DNA of 49,395 nt, the filler included, from Bipalium vagum (taxonomy: Eukaryota): the NCBI GenBank assembly GCA_037834085.1. It is 2 parts of 2 records of this genome, joined end to end, with 100 filler letters (N's around TTAATTAATTAA, not from the genome) between each part and the next. Parts side by side here need not be neighbours in the genome. Positions count along the whole stretch, not along the records: positions 1 to 26,886 come from JBBMKC010120937.1; positions 26,987 to 49,395 come from JBBMKC010221571.1. One strand, written 5' to 3'. Shown here piece by piece: positions 24,965 through 44,428 of the stretch. The position numbers and the translations under genes were made by a program. The number at the start of each line of letters is the position of its first letter. The stretch's first letter is position 1. Under the pieces are notes generated by a model. That model had not been told where the DNA came from and did no database searches. It saw only the letters and a program-made list of their open reading frames with translations.

Positions 24965-26105
24965 AAAATGATAAACAATACAAATACTAACCTTTCTATT
25001 AAGTTGCTTCAATCTCAGAGTATCTTGGTGTAACAAGCACCTCACTTCATTTTCGTATTCATTTTTGACCTAAAAATTGTTTAATGAATAAATTAAATGG
25101 AACCTTTCACGGTTCGACGACACCGATCAATTAAAATCAAAATCTCTAGAATGAAAATAAACTGAAATCTATTTTACAGAGATAATAATGGATATTCGGT
25201 CCATTAAGCATGACCAAACAATGATGAAATCTACTTTATTGTAACCCTGTTACCTTTATTGTTTCTCCGGATGTGATGACATAAGAAATCTCTTTCGTAG
25301 TTCAGGTCGGTGGATATTTTGTTCATACACTGAATTTAAAGCTGAGCAATGTTTTCTTTTTAAGAAGGGAAGAAGGGTGGAAAAGTATGACATTAATAAA
25401 GAAAGAAGAAATAACATTACATTATCAATAATTTATGACACTCTTCCCGACAGTATCGGAGACTTTACAGTCGTCCCCTCATGGAAAATAATGAGAAAAG
25501 GCATTTTTTGATGAATCTAATAAGAGAAGAGAATGTAGAACCAGTTCAGGAGTCTCTCTATAGAGACTGGTCGTTGAAAATTTAATTTAAAGAAAAACAT
25601 CACTTATAATAAGAAGAAAGCCTTCAAAGTCACGCTTCGTTGCTTTTGATTGAATATTTAGACTTAAGGGAATCAGAAATATTTTTTTTCGTTTCATTTT
25701 TTATTAGTTAAAGTAAGCAGTAGGTATCCCTTTTACACTTGACCACATATTTCTTAATATTATTAATATTCATTTAATCCGAACCCCGTTCCTTACTGGA
25801 CGTGATCCCTCGAGATTGTGATGAAACGGCCTAATTCCGATTCCGTATAATCCAGACTAAATCGCCTGGCAACCGACAATCCAGATTAGGCATACACACA
25901 CACATGCGTATATATATGACATGTGAAAGTATAAATATTAAAAATATAATCCTCTGTGATAATATAAATAATTATATTATTAAAAAAAATAATTAATGAG
26001 AATTTATTATTATTGAGAAATATAAGAAAAATATGATTGCAATTTTTTTTTAAAAAATCATTTTTTAAAAATTTTTGAACAAATAATTTAAGAAAATTAT
26101 TTTAC

Positions 26106-26440
26106 ATTCGGTTGGTGCAAAAATAAAGTCGTTTTTTTGGCAAGTCATTAATTTCATTCATCTTAATAAATGTTCTGTTTGAATATTCAAAATATTTTGA
26201 TAAATTTTTGAAAGTAAAATTTTTACAAAGAAAATTTCTTTATAAATTACTTAAAATATTTCATAATTATCCTTTTTTAGGCGATTCAACCGAATATGGA
26301 AAAATATCAATATCGTAACATTTTTTGTATGAAAACAAATTGGTCACAAATGCAACCGAAACGACTCTCAAAACGAATAATGCATTTGGTACTGCAACTG
26401 TCAATCAGCGCATATAACATTATGGTTAAAAATGTTTATT
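26106..26440 (+). mobile_element. Mariner 5' fragment
   Basis: TTCGGTTGGTGCAAAAATAA mariner-like end; MEKYQYR..NATETT..NNAFGTATVNQR..W helix-turn-helix relic. Confidence 0.7.
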
Positions 26441-26886
26441 AAAAATAAATATTTTAAATCAAGGAAAGCAATTTTTCAAAATATTCTCCTTTTTTTAAAA
26501 TAATTTTATCTGAAACTTCTTTTGAAGAAAACTGATAAAAAAATTAAGAAAAGAAATAATTTTATTAAAATTTTTCGAAAAAATATATTTTGGATTAAAA
26601 AATAAATTAAAAAAAAATAAAATATTTCTAATTTTACTTTTATTAAATAAAAATTAATATTTTTTGCTTTAAAAATTTATATTAGGTCTACAAATATGAC
26701 TGCACCGTTTTTATTTTTTATAATTAAAATTAAAATGAAATTATGGTTTTGTATATTTTTTGTTGTTTAAATAATATTCACATTGGGCGCTAATTATAAT
26801 AATATAATAACTTTTTAAATAGTTTGCACATCATTAATTATTTACTATTTTAGATGACAACATTTGTGCCGGAAAATAACCATTTG

Positions 26887-26986
26887 NNNNNNNNNNNNNN
26901 NNNNNNNNNNNNNNNNNNNNNNNNNNNNNNTTAATTAATTAANNNNNNNNNNNNNNNNNNNNNNNNNNNNNNNNNNNNNNNNNNNN
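26887..26986. other. Artificial 100-bp assembly spacer (44 N + TTAATTAATTAA + 44 N)
   Basis: Symmetric N runs around a palindromic 12-mer with stops in all six frames; followed by (TAA)n 26987-27057. Confidence 0.95.
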
Positions 26987-27061
<75 letters not shown>

Positions 27062-27298
27062 GGATAATAATGCCGCTTTTAGTTCTCAATCCCAGTAAAG
27101 AATTGATTTAATGATGTAAAACTTTAATATTTTTAAAATTATTTCTCATATTTTATTTATTCTTATTAAGTCCCAGTTTTTTAAGTAATCAACTATATTA
27201 TTTTTCGAATTGAAAGTCACGATTTTAAAGATTTTTTAAAATTTATCGGTGTTAACAATCATGTTTGAAAAATCGAAAAGTAATGATTTTGGTAATAG

Positions 27299-33098
<5,800 letters not shown>

Positions 33099-35959
33099 GA
33101 TCATTATCAATCAATTATTATTAAAATCTCGATTTCTTTCTTGTGTTTGTTTGGTTTTCGCAAGTATGATTGATTTATTATAGCCTTTTCCGATCAGTCT
33201 CTCTCTCTCTCTGTCAAAGTCTCTCTAGCAACCACAGTAACAACAAAAACAAAATCTCATGTCACCTGGCGAAACCCAAACCTTAATCTTGTGATAATAT
33301 ATATATATCTCTGTAATTGTGTATGTAGGTCTGTAAATTTCGCTTCAGTCAGTCGCCTCACGAAGCAATAAAAAAAGAAAATCGTAAAAATAGTTAGTTT
33401 CAGTATAATTTTTGTTTTTTTGTTTTTCTTTATGTAATAATATCAGCAGACAAGAAGTCAACGAGTCAGACGTTTTGTGATCCACCACGTTCAGTGTTTT
33501 CAGATAATATTATAACCATTATTATCATAATAACTATTACTATTATTATTATTGTAGTTCCTAAAAATATTTTTCCATTTTGATCGTTTTAAAAACGTGT
33601 CTAATTGAGAAAATTATCCGATGGTTTTTGTTGAACATTTGAACTTTATTTTGTTAATAACATTTAATATTTTGAGCCTTGATATACAAGGTATTTTTTA
33701 TTAAGTCATATATAGGAGACACGAAGGTTTATATTTTAAAGATATTCTTCTAAGTAAATAAAATTACTTGACTGTTATTATCATCATTTTGGTTTTTGTA
33801 TTTTATACCGCTATGGACCGTAAATGGTCCAATATATTATCAATAAAAGTAAGGAATAAAGAAAATTATTAATCAAGTTATTTTTATTTTAGATAGTGTG
33901 AGTGCACTTTATGTTTAAATAACTGTCACCAAATTTGAAAATAAATTATTTTGATTTGGATAAAAATAATGTTTGACATTGGTTCAAAGTTACCTTAACC
34001 TTTTTAATCATTAATAATCTACCATACTTCAATACCAATATTAGAATGGAAACTACTCTTTACGAATAAATCAAAACATTATTAATGTCAAAATAATCAA
34101 ATGTTAGTAATAATATTATTAACATTATTATTATTATTTCTACTCTTATGATTTTACTTAGTTATATTTCCCCGGGGGGGGTGTCTTAGGTAAACCTAAC
34201 AAATACTTTCAAATGATAATAAATATATGTGCTCCTAAATTTGAATTTAAAAGAAGTAAAATATTTTCTGAAGCTTAATGAGCAGGTCATATGAAAACAT
34301 CTACAATATTATTTGATAAATTTAATTATTTAGGATTTTTTGTATTAGAATATTTTTAATTAATTGTGTACACATTTACGATGTATTAAAAATATAATTT
34401 CGGAAAATAAAAATACATGGATTCTGTACTTGTAAAGTTAATTCTAGATAATAAAACTATTGAAGATATGGAATATAAATTCAAAGATTTTATAAAACCT
34501 TGTTTGTTATTTCTTATGAAAGATTTGAAATGCAATCAAACTTTCATAGAATTTTATGCTATAAAATCTAAAATGAATAGTTATAGTTATTTATAAAATG
34601 CAAACATTTATACTAATAAAAAAATATGGAATAATTAAAAGTAATAAAATTGAATAAAGGCGTTTACTGATGATTTGAAAAATCATGAAATAATTAAAAA
34701 AGATAATTATAGTTTAAAATCTGAAAACATAATTGTAACACTTATCCACTAAACTTTACTGATTTTTTCACTTTTGTCAATACGTTTTAACAAATACGTA
34801 TGTATATGAATCAAACGACTACAATAAAACTATTCTTTCAATCACAAATACCAAGGTAATCACACAATAGCATAAAGGTCCAATGTCTCAAATAGTAAGA
34901 TTGAATGATACGGAAAAAAACAATCAAATCGAATATTCAAGTCAGTAATAGTTCAATACTTAACAAAATAATTAATAAGATTAATGTTAATTGTTAATAA
35001 GAATAAATAAATAAAAATAAAATAATTCAATGTGGAAATCACCGATATAGTAGACGATTGGTCCAAGGGTCGTTTGCTTAGCCTAATCCGATTCGCTCGA
35101 ATGAGATTCGGTTCTTCGAATCTTTTAATTTAAGAAACTCACTCATAACTCAAATCTTTATTTAAATCACAGACAAAATCGACCCAAAGTTGTAGGATTA
35201 GTAACTCAATTTTGTTTTTTTTCTCTATATTTTTTATGGCGGCCCATTCCGATTTTATCTTTTTCATTTTTCATAAATCCTCTTTTCCTATTCTTTATCG
35301 TTGGTTAATATATCTTCTTCGTCTGTTCTTCTTTATTTTAACTTTACTTCAACCCATTCCCAGACATCTTCTTCGCTCTTAGTATGAATTTCGTTCAAGA
35401 GAAACTGACTTCTTCTTAACCCTTCTCTGCTTGATGTTCATGATTACATATTGCTTCTTTCCTCTTCTATTGAGTACAACGAGATAAATATCTAATAAAA
35501 TTATATTATCTTCCACTATCATATCTTCCCATCTGGATGATGGTTTTACCTCTCGGTTCTTCTTTGCCTCCTAATGACACGGTGATCCACGGATTTCCAC
35601 ATTCCTCGTCAAATCCGTGGTTACATTATTTATCTTATGTTGACTCTTTGCTGGTTTTGGATATCTCTTATTGTATTCCTATCGAATCCAACTCCTATCA
35701 ACTCTAATTTTTTTAACTTCATAGCCTATCAATATTTTTTCTTCAATAGATCTGAATAATTCCATATTAGCCGTTAGTTCGTCTACTTGCCCTTCGACCA
35801 TCTCTTTTGTTATGCTAAGTTCGATTTTTTTATAGTCTGCTAAATATACTCCATCGATTTGTAAACTGAAACATAATAAACATTACCATTTCATACAATT
35901 TTTTCACTTTACTAAAATTTAGTAAAACAGGAGTTCTCTTTTTCAGTGAATTTTCAAGT

Positions 35960-36240
35960 TTCAACATGATAGGGATTCGAAACATATTTCGAAGATACAG
36001 GTATTGAAATCATGAAATTGATTTGTCAATTAGCGGACTTGAGTCATATTGAGAATTCATGGGCTTACTTGAAAAGAAAACGCAGGGAGAATGAGATAAT
36101 CGGAAAAGAAATCTTAAACGCATGTATCATAGAAGAACCATTAAAACTGCTACAGTTTCAGACCTTTTCTAAAACTGGTGTACAATGAAACGCTGATGGA
36201 AAGCATTAAAATAATAAATGCTCTTACTTTTAAAGAATGA
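35960..36240 (+). mobile_element. Tc1 transposase C-terminal relic
   Basis: QLADLSHIENSWAYLKRK resembles SPDLNPIENLW..LK. Confidence 0.6.
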
Positions 36241-36860
36241 GTAAAAGCATCAGCTAAATATGAATTATACAAATTTATATCTCAAAAGCAACAAAAACCG
36301 TGACTTATTTCAATTCAACAGGATATTGCGTCATTGACAGGGAAGATTTTTATGTTTCACTATACTTAAGCTACGAATTTTCGCCAAATAATATAAAAAC
36401 TCCGCTGAAAACCTTATTGGACAATCTTAAGATTGTTCTCGTTACTGTACAACCGATTTTATAAATCTATAAAACGTAAATAATGTCTTGAATACCGACT
36501 TTGATTTGTCAATTAAGAAAATAAAACACCATACATTTTGGGTAAAGTAAATTCTGGTCTACCGAAAAGTCCTGCCATTTGCAAATTAACCCAAAAATAT
36601 TTTTAATTTTTGCAATTTTCATGTTTTAATTCAAGTTTTTAACTAATCATTTAACAAATCAAGAAAGGAAACATTAACAATTCTCTTATAAACACTCAGA
36701 TTAAAATGTAATTTGCCACAGAATTTATCATATACTGGTAACAATAGATATTTTCGTACAATACTGTCACAAATCAAGGTATAAGATTTTTAAAATATAA
36801 AAATGAATCAATTTAGAAAACAAAAATTTTATTTAAACCTTAAAAAATCCCCAAATCTTA

Positions 36861-39800
36861 TCACATTTCAAACAACCGATTAAAATGTATTGTGCCTTTT
36901 ACGTCTCCGGTAATAATCTGGAATGCAAAAAAATGAGAAAAAATCCACAAATATTTCATTACCGTATTATTATAGAACGTTAGCGATAAAATCTCTCCCG
37001 AACCGTTGTTGATCGAATTAATCGGGGTTTTGAAAATCTGAGATCCCTGAATAGATTACAATTACTTTACCATCGTTTACATATTGACAAACCTTCAATT
37101 TGTATAACGATACAACCCCTTTACTGGTACCCACGATTGCATAGTTCCTTGTCAGACTCAGTGCATTGATGGAGTCAAAATGGTTGAGGGAAACTGTGTT
37201 TTTCATTTTCTAATACAAAATCCAATGTAAACTCGTTAAAATTCTAATCCAAATATTTTCATACAATTTCATAATTTCGAACAATCAACAATAATTAAAT
37301 AAACCAATTTTCGATTGATTTAAAAATTTGAAATCAATAAAATGAATATTTAATTGTAATTTTAAATTCCATCTTTCTCTGAATGGTCACAGAAATCATT
37401 CAATTTTCTCACAAAAAAAATTAAAACAAGTTTTCCAATTTTATCAAAAAATCTTTATCATGATTAACGATTAAAAAATCCTCACTTACAACGTAATGAA
37501 TAAAATGTATGTAATTATTGGTATAAGCCAATAATCTCTGTTTCGAGAGAATAAAAAACCCTTTCGGCACATCAACATGTGCCAACGGAGTGATGTTGCG
37601 AATCTTTATCAAGGTTTTAGCATCCCAAATGTTATATTCACCGTTCTAGAAAAACCGTTGATAAAATACATTACTTTTCTCCACCATCCATTACTTGTGA
37701 TCCGATAAAAAGGAGATTTCTGTCAATTTCTTTCGTGGCTGCTATCGCAGATACTGAAGAAGCTGAAACAGTAATATCACACATTTCTCGCTCCTTCTGC
37801 AAAGAATAGATTAAAACGTGACCATGTGCCGTTCCAAAATATATGTTATCCAGATAGTCACAAATACAGTTTATAGGTTGATCATAATCAACTCTTTTTA
37901 AGATCACACCAGTCTGGAAATATAGTAAAACCAATAAAATTAAGTATAAAACCCAATTCCAATCGCCTACATCAATGTTATAGATAAATAAGCTTTTATC
38001 CTCTCCTCCGCTGATCAACTTCTTCACGCCTGAAGGATACGCTGTTGCCAAAATACAATTGATTTTATTCTGAGCACCGATGTAGTTCATGATACATTCG
38101 TGGGTCTTCAAATGATATTGTCTCAGAAGACCACCTAACCCAGCAACAAACAATCGATTACTGAATACCGTAATGTCCGTGATGGCATCACCGACCGTCA
38201 AAGGGTTCAATATTGGCTCAATAGCGTTGAATAGACCATTGTCAGCATCAGGTTTAACGGATTTCAATGATTCCTCGTCAAAATCAAGCTTTAAGGATTT
38301 ATCGATCGACTCGTTTTTATAATCTGAAATGAAAAACGAAAATCGATATTTGTCTATTATAAATATTATGGACTCAGGGCAATTATAATTAAAATGTTTT
38401 GAAAATCGATAAAAATCCCACCTTGCAATTTGTTATCGTTTGGTAGCATGTCAAGGAAACTTGACGAAGATGTGTTATCGTTACTGACAGACGACAGAGC
38501 AGGTCGACTGTGCGAATCCGCAGAAAAAATTGATTCTGGACGATTTACAGACACCGCATCATTTGTTTTCTTGATCATCTTTTGCGGTGTTTCTGAGTCA
38601 TCGTCCGATTCTGATGAACTGGATTCCGGATATTTTCTCTTACAACCGACCACAACTGCAGATTTCTTCGGTGAACTCTGAACAAGTGTTTCGGAAATTA
38701 TCTCAACGTCACTTGAAGAATCTGAACAGATGTTTTCAATTGGCAATGATTCTGAAACGTTTTGCCTATTAAAAAATGAATAATCAACTGATTTTAATGC
38801 GATGGAATAAATAGATAATAATCTAATCTATAAAAACCAGAATCTCTGGTGAGGGTTTTAGATTGGATACGAGAACGACCAATCAAAGCACGCGACCATT
38901 ATCAATTGATTCATTTTATTCTATAAAATATATTATTAAGACTTACACACATGTCGATTCGATTTCGGTTATTTTATCGTCAAAACTGCTTTCAGAGAGT
39001 GAAGATTTTTTTTTATCCGACACACCTTCACATATTCCTCTACATACATTCTTAATCTTAGTAACGAGGTCTTTCTTTTCAATGTTCATTTCCTCCAATA
39101 ACTGAACTTGCTTTTCAAGCTCTTTTTTCAAATCTTCTACGATTTTACTTTGGTCAACGAGTTTCATCTCGATCAACGCCATATCGATGTGGTACTGTTG
39201 AAGATTTTGCAAGTTTGGGTTGACTATAAAATTTGATGTCGTGGTAATGGATTTCATGTCCTCGGTCATAGTTTTCTGAATCTTTTCGTCAATAACTGAT
39301 TCTGGGAACGGGTTATCACCTTCGATTCTTTCATTAACAGTTTCATTTTGAACATTTTGAGTTTGATCTATAGAGTTGAATAAGGTTAAAGATTTGTTTT
39401 TAATCTGTCTTTCAGTTTCTTTCGCAACAGCTCTTTTTGATTCACCACCTGAATTAAGAACGATTGATTATGAAATTATAATTAATAATCATTGAAGATC
39501 AGAAGGCTTAATTATATTACCAGGAGAATTAGTATCATTTGAAAAAAACCAGTTTGGTTTGTCCTTTTTGGAAGACTGGAGATTATTGGTTTCATTGTTT
39601 ACTTTCTTTGATTTCTTTTTTGTTTTTTCATTTTCTACGGATTGAGGATCGCTTGTTATACTGATTTTTGACTTGGATTTCTTCTTTTTAACATTTTCAT
39701 TGTCTGGTGATTGAAGATCAGCAGCAACATCTGCATTTGACTTTGATTTTTTCCTCCTCGACTTTTCTAATATGAAAATATTTTCTATATGAAATTCATA

Positions 39801-40090
39801 TCTGATTAATAATAATACTTGAACTGTCTGGGTTCAATATAATTTCTTGTGTACATGTTTTTGGCGATGATGCAGTTTCAATAGAATCGTTGTTTGTGAA
39901 AAACCACGTTGGCATATCATTATTTTTATTCTTTTGACTTTTTGATATTGGACTTTTTTTGTCTTTAAAAACTATTATAAGATATTATAAGAAAATAATA
40001 TTGATTACCATCAAACTCTAAACATTTGTTATTTTCTGTCTAAATAACAAGTTATGCAATTTTAATTTAAATAAATCTACCTTTTCTTCT
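36861..40090 (-). CDS. ZNF106-like WD40-repeat protein, 5' end unresolved
   Basis: Phase-compatible exons 40090-40081, 40039-40009, 39962-39819, 39766-39521, 39448-38947, 38765-38422, 38323-37971, 37913-37695, 37645-37490, then three more ending ..IITGDVKGTIHFNRLFEM* at 36861. Lys/Ser-rich region, coiled coil, and WD40 repeats resembling ZNF106 (KINCILAT, SVSAIAATKEIDRNLLFIGS). Confidence 0.85.
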
Positions 40091-40599
40091 CTAAAGTAAA
40101 ATTACATAAAGATCCAAAATAATATTAAAATTAAAACCTGCTTGAATTTAATTTTTTTGTCATTTAAAATTTAAAAAAATATAAGTATAACATATATTTT
40201 TGATTATTTAAACAAAATTATAGTTCAATATTTATATTTCAAAAATATCAACAAATATACTAATGAAATCAAACTATTTCAAGTTAGAACAAATCGGAAA
40301 AAACATTCAAAGAAAATGAAAATAAATTAAATTATGTAAATTATGAAATTTGTGGATTTCATGTTAAAAATATTACTTTTGTACAAAATTTTCAAAAGAC
40401 AGCTTTTATATTTTTTTATATATAATTCCTTATTTATTGTTTTTCTGATTACTACTACTACTAATAATAATAATTATTATTATTTAAAAGAGAGTTTTTC
40501 GATAATCAGAAATAAATCTTTTACACGAATATCACATAAAATATAAAATCAAAATGTTTATTAACTTTAAAGGGTTAATCAACCAAAAATCACAAAAAA

Positions 40600-41539
40600 A
40601 TGGGATATAAGAAATGTTAGATAAATGTCTATTTTGGGATGCTCCACAATATGATACGAAAGCTGCAACAAAATGGAACATTGAGAAACTTAAGTAAAAG
40701 TGGTCGTAGACCGAAAAATACACAAAGATCAGAAAGATCACTTATTCGTATGTCAAAGAAAAATCCCCAGAAAACAGCACGTGATCTTTTTATCAATTGG
40801 AAAACAAGCCAAACTAACTCACTTAGTACTGTGAAGTGCATTCTGAGAAAGTATAGCTCTCCGGACGAATTGCAGCAAAAAAAACCATATTTAAACGAGC
40901 GATATATAAAAAATCGTTTACAATGGTGCAGAGATTATAGCAAACTACTTCCTTCATTTTGGAATGAGGTGATTTTTTCTGATGAAAGTCGCATAGAACT
41001 GTTCTCTAAAAGAAGACAATACGTCCACAGACCGCAAGGATCAAGTTATAGTCCAAAATATACCACGAAAGCGGTGAAATTCGGAGGTAATAGTATCATG
41101 GTTTAGGGTGTAATTAAAGAAGATGGCACCAGAGTTCTGGTAAGATCGGACATTCTGGACGATTGGACGAATTCTGATGCCTACAAGGATGTATTGAAGA
41201 AAGGATTGCTCCAAATATATGATGCAGAGAATATATTTCAACAAGATAGAACTCCATGCACAAATCAAATAGGTGTCTTCTTTTTTGGACTTGAAAAAAA
41301 TCTGCGTACTCAGTGATTGGCCGGCTCAATCGCCAGATTTGAATATAATTGAGCCGTTGTGGACTGACCTAAAAGCCAGAGTTCATAGCTGTAGGCCGAC
41401 AAATATATAGGCACTGTGGAAGAATTTGGAGGATCAGTGGGCAATGATTCCAACATCTAAAATTAAAAATCTATATGAAAACATGCCAAGAAGGATGCAA
41501 GAGGTCATTAAAAATAAAGGCATAAATACAAGGTACTAA
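40600..41539 (+). mobile_element. Tc1-like DD34E transposase, disrupted
   Basis: SGRRPK, RLQWC, WNEVIFSDESR, VKFGGNSIMV*G, FQQD and DWPAQSPDLNIIEPLW motifs; few lesions. Confidence 0.92.
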
Positions 41540-42234
41540 ATTCGAGTATCGCCATTGTTCAGGAGGTTGACTTTTTATTATTATGTATTTGATCATTTGA
41601 AATGTAAATAAAAGATATTTTATTAACTTTTTATTCTTGTATTCAAAATGACTTAAAAATTGATGTTTCTGAACAAATCGGTTTTTCTAATTTACAAAAA
41701 TTTTACATTGGGAATTTTTGATTGGAAACATGTACCTCAACATATTCTATCATATATTTAAATATAGACAGGATTAAAGTACTTATAATTATATATTTTC
41801 ATCATTCTATCGAAATTTTAGAGATGGCCCAAAACATATGGACGGCATTGTATATTATTTGGTTTAAATCTAAAAAGAAAAGAAAATGCTTTCATAATCA
41901 TTACAAAATTTAAGTCGGAAAACCAATTTCTTTAATTCACATAATATGCAGAGATTTGATTTTAAAAATTAATAATTTTCATAAAAATCAGCCAAAAGTC
42001 TATGACTGAATTTCATTGATTAGAAAAATCAAAAAATCGAGCTCTATTCTTAAATGAATGGTCGAAATCATTATCAAGAACGCAACTGCGATATTCAAGA
42101 GCTGAGTAAATAAAGTTGATTTAATTAATTGATATAATTTTTATTAATGAAATACTTAATTATCAAGTTTTTTAATTATTTAAATTTACTAAATAATAAT
42201 TTAATTTTACTAAAATATTTTAATAAAATAAATT

Positions 42235-42410
42235 TATTTAAAATAGATAAACAAAAGTGACCGTGGGTTTATCAACGGAATTTTAGCCAAATTGAATTTA
42301 CTTTTACTTTAATAAATTATTTAAATTTACTCGATATTTACATAATAATTATTTAAAATAGATAAACAAAAATGATCCTTGGGGTATCACAATGGAATTT
42401 TAACCGAAAA
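42235..42410. repeat. Imperfect direct duplication (~55-bp core, two copies)
   Basis: TTATTTAAAATAGATAAACAAAA.TGA.C.TGGG.TATCA..GGAATTTTA.CC near 42235 and 42349. Confidence 0.7.
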
Positions 42411-42458
42411 ATTAAATTGTAAAAAATAAATTATTAATTAAACCATGGTAAATATTTC

Positions 42459-43069
42459 GGATCTATTAAATCTGCCGATCACGTTATGAAATCACTTTTT
42501 GTAACCAGTCTGACAATCACTAGACAAAAATTTTTTAAACACAACACTTTATTTATGAAATTTTCCTTCTTATCTTCATCAAACGTTGGTTTAATAGATG
42601 TTGTTACTCTATGGGATTTAACGCTGTGGTTTATTTTGATCTCATCACACTGCTCTATTGTGCCTGGCCCACCAAGACTAATGGGGTTATTTTTCCAATA
42701 TTTCAATATCTGTTTTATTAAAAAGTTCCTAAATCAAATATATACTTGATCAGATATCTTTCCTTCCTTAAGAATACCTTAATAATTATCTTGATTTTGA
42801 TTTTAAAATTAGAAATCCAGCAGCCAGTCCTTACACTGACACATGATTTGTATTTTATGCATTTGTTGTTTAGATATCTTCAAACTTAGCCGCCTGATGT
42901 CATTTTAACCATTTAAAGGACATTGTTTCCTTACAAGCAAAATAAATTTTCTCATATTTTATTAATTTTTTTTCCGGTAAACCAGTTAAAGAATTCAATA
43001 TCATTTAATAAACATAGCCTATCTAGAAATGAAGGACTTATTGTAATTGATAAGAAATTTAATAGATCC
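42459..43069 (-). mobile_element. Merlin deletion derivative
   Basis: 13-bp TIRs GGATCTATTAAAT; NPISLGGPGTIEQCDEIK..KSHR motif; no matching TSD. Confidence 0.8.
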
Positions 43070-44339
43070 ATTTAAATACCAATTAAAACTGACAATCACA
43101 AAGTATTGCTGTTAAGTCTGACAATCACTTCATGTAATCAATTAAATCACATTTTTATTTTATCCATTACATCAACTTTAAAATCTTGAAAAGTAATATT
43201 TATTATAAATTGGATAAAAATATTATCTAACAATGAATTTTATGTTCATTTACAATAGGAAAAAAATCATCCTAATAATTTCTTACATTATTAATTTTGC
43301 ATATTCTAATATATAAAATCGAATGTAATTACATTTATCAATTTTTATTTTAAATGATTTTTTAAAGCTACTTTTCTTTGAAAATATTTATCACATATTT
43401 CACATTAAAAGTTTGTATTTATTTCATCAGTCATTTTTTAGAACTAAATGTTTATTACGTTGAAGTGTATTGAAGTTAATTGAAATCGGTTCTTTTCATT
43501 GTTTTCTTTATAATTTTTATTGATTAAACTATTTTAATAAGTATTGTTAAAAAGAAGTAAAAAAATCAATATAGATACAAAATCTTTAATACTGGATTTC
43601 ACTTTTTAATTTTATTGTTTTAAAATGATAAAAAAATGATAAAAATTAAACAATTGAAAAATTAAAATATTGAAAAAATACAACAATTGAAAATTTTTTT
43701 TAAAAAATAAAATAAGTCAAAATTAAAAAATTGGGAAAATTTTAAAAAAATCAGAAAAAATTAAAAAAAAATACATTTTTCAGATTTGGGTTTAATGTTG
43801 GTTTTATTTTTTCATTTTAACACTACTGGTGATTGAAGTTTTGAATCAATCTTTTAAAAATTATTAACTATAATTAAATATAAATAATAAATTTTTTAAA
43901 AAATTAAATTCAAAAATTCAACTTATATATAGTATAATAAAATTAAATTTGGTTATGGTAATAGAAGTGTACTATATATTTATTTTCGAAATAATTTTTA
44001 AGCTGCAGATAATCAATTTTATTTGTTTTTTCACACGTGTCTCAAGAAAATATTTTTCAATAAAATTTCGTTAATTTTTACTTTTAATATTTTATAGTCA
44101 AATGATTTTCCAAAATGAAATGAAATAATTATGAAAGTAATTTAAAAATATTAATTAAACATTTATTTTTGTATGAATCGTGAAACTTTTAATAAGCCGA
44201 TTTTATAATTTCCTTTCATAATATAAACAACTTGTACTATACGTAAGTGGAAATCGCTAATGAAAAACTATAATAAATGTTATTAAAAATTAATATTTAA
44301 ATTTTATTGTAAATAAATCCAAGAAATCCAATATGATAC

Positions 44340-44428
44340 TTGATTTGAGAAGCATTGGTCCATCGTTTCCTCAAGTGGCTGACGGCATCCGCTTTCCAAG
44401 CATTGTTTGAAAAATTGTGTAAACAAAC
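44340..44428 (-). CDS. Candidate upstream exon of the WD40 gene
   Basis: AAG acceptor and GT donor, 89 nt, GC-rich island, VCLHNFSNNAWKADAVSHLRKRWTNASQI; phase-2 end matches the 10-nt exon at 40090. Confidence 0.5.

Noticed and set aside
25780-25920. GC-richer segment ending in (CA)n/(TA)n as a SINE or ncRNA
   Set aside because: No convincing A/B boxes, TSD or second copy in the window
26931-26942. Perfect palindrome TTAATTAATTAA
   Set aside because: Assembly linker embedded in Ns, not biological
33811-33831. Small hairpin TGGACC-GTAAAT-GGTCCA
   Set aside because: Too short, and no partner terminus was found
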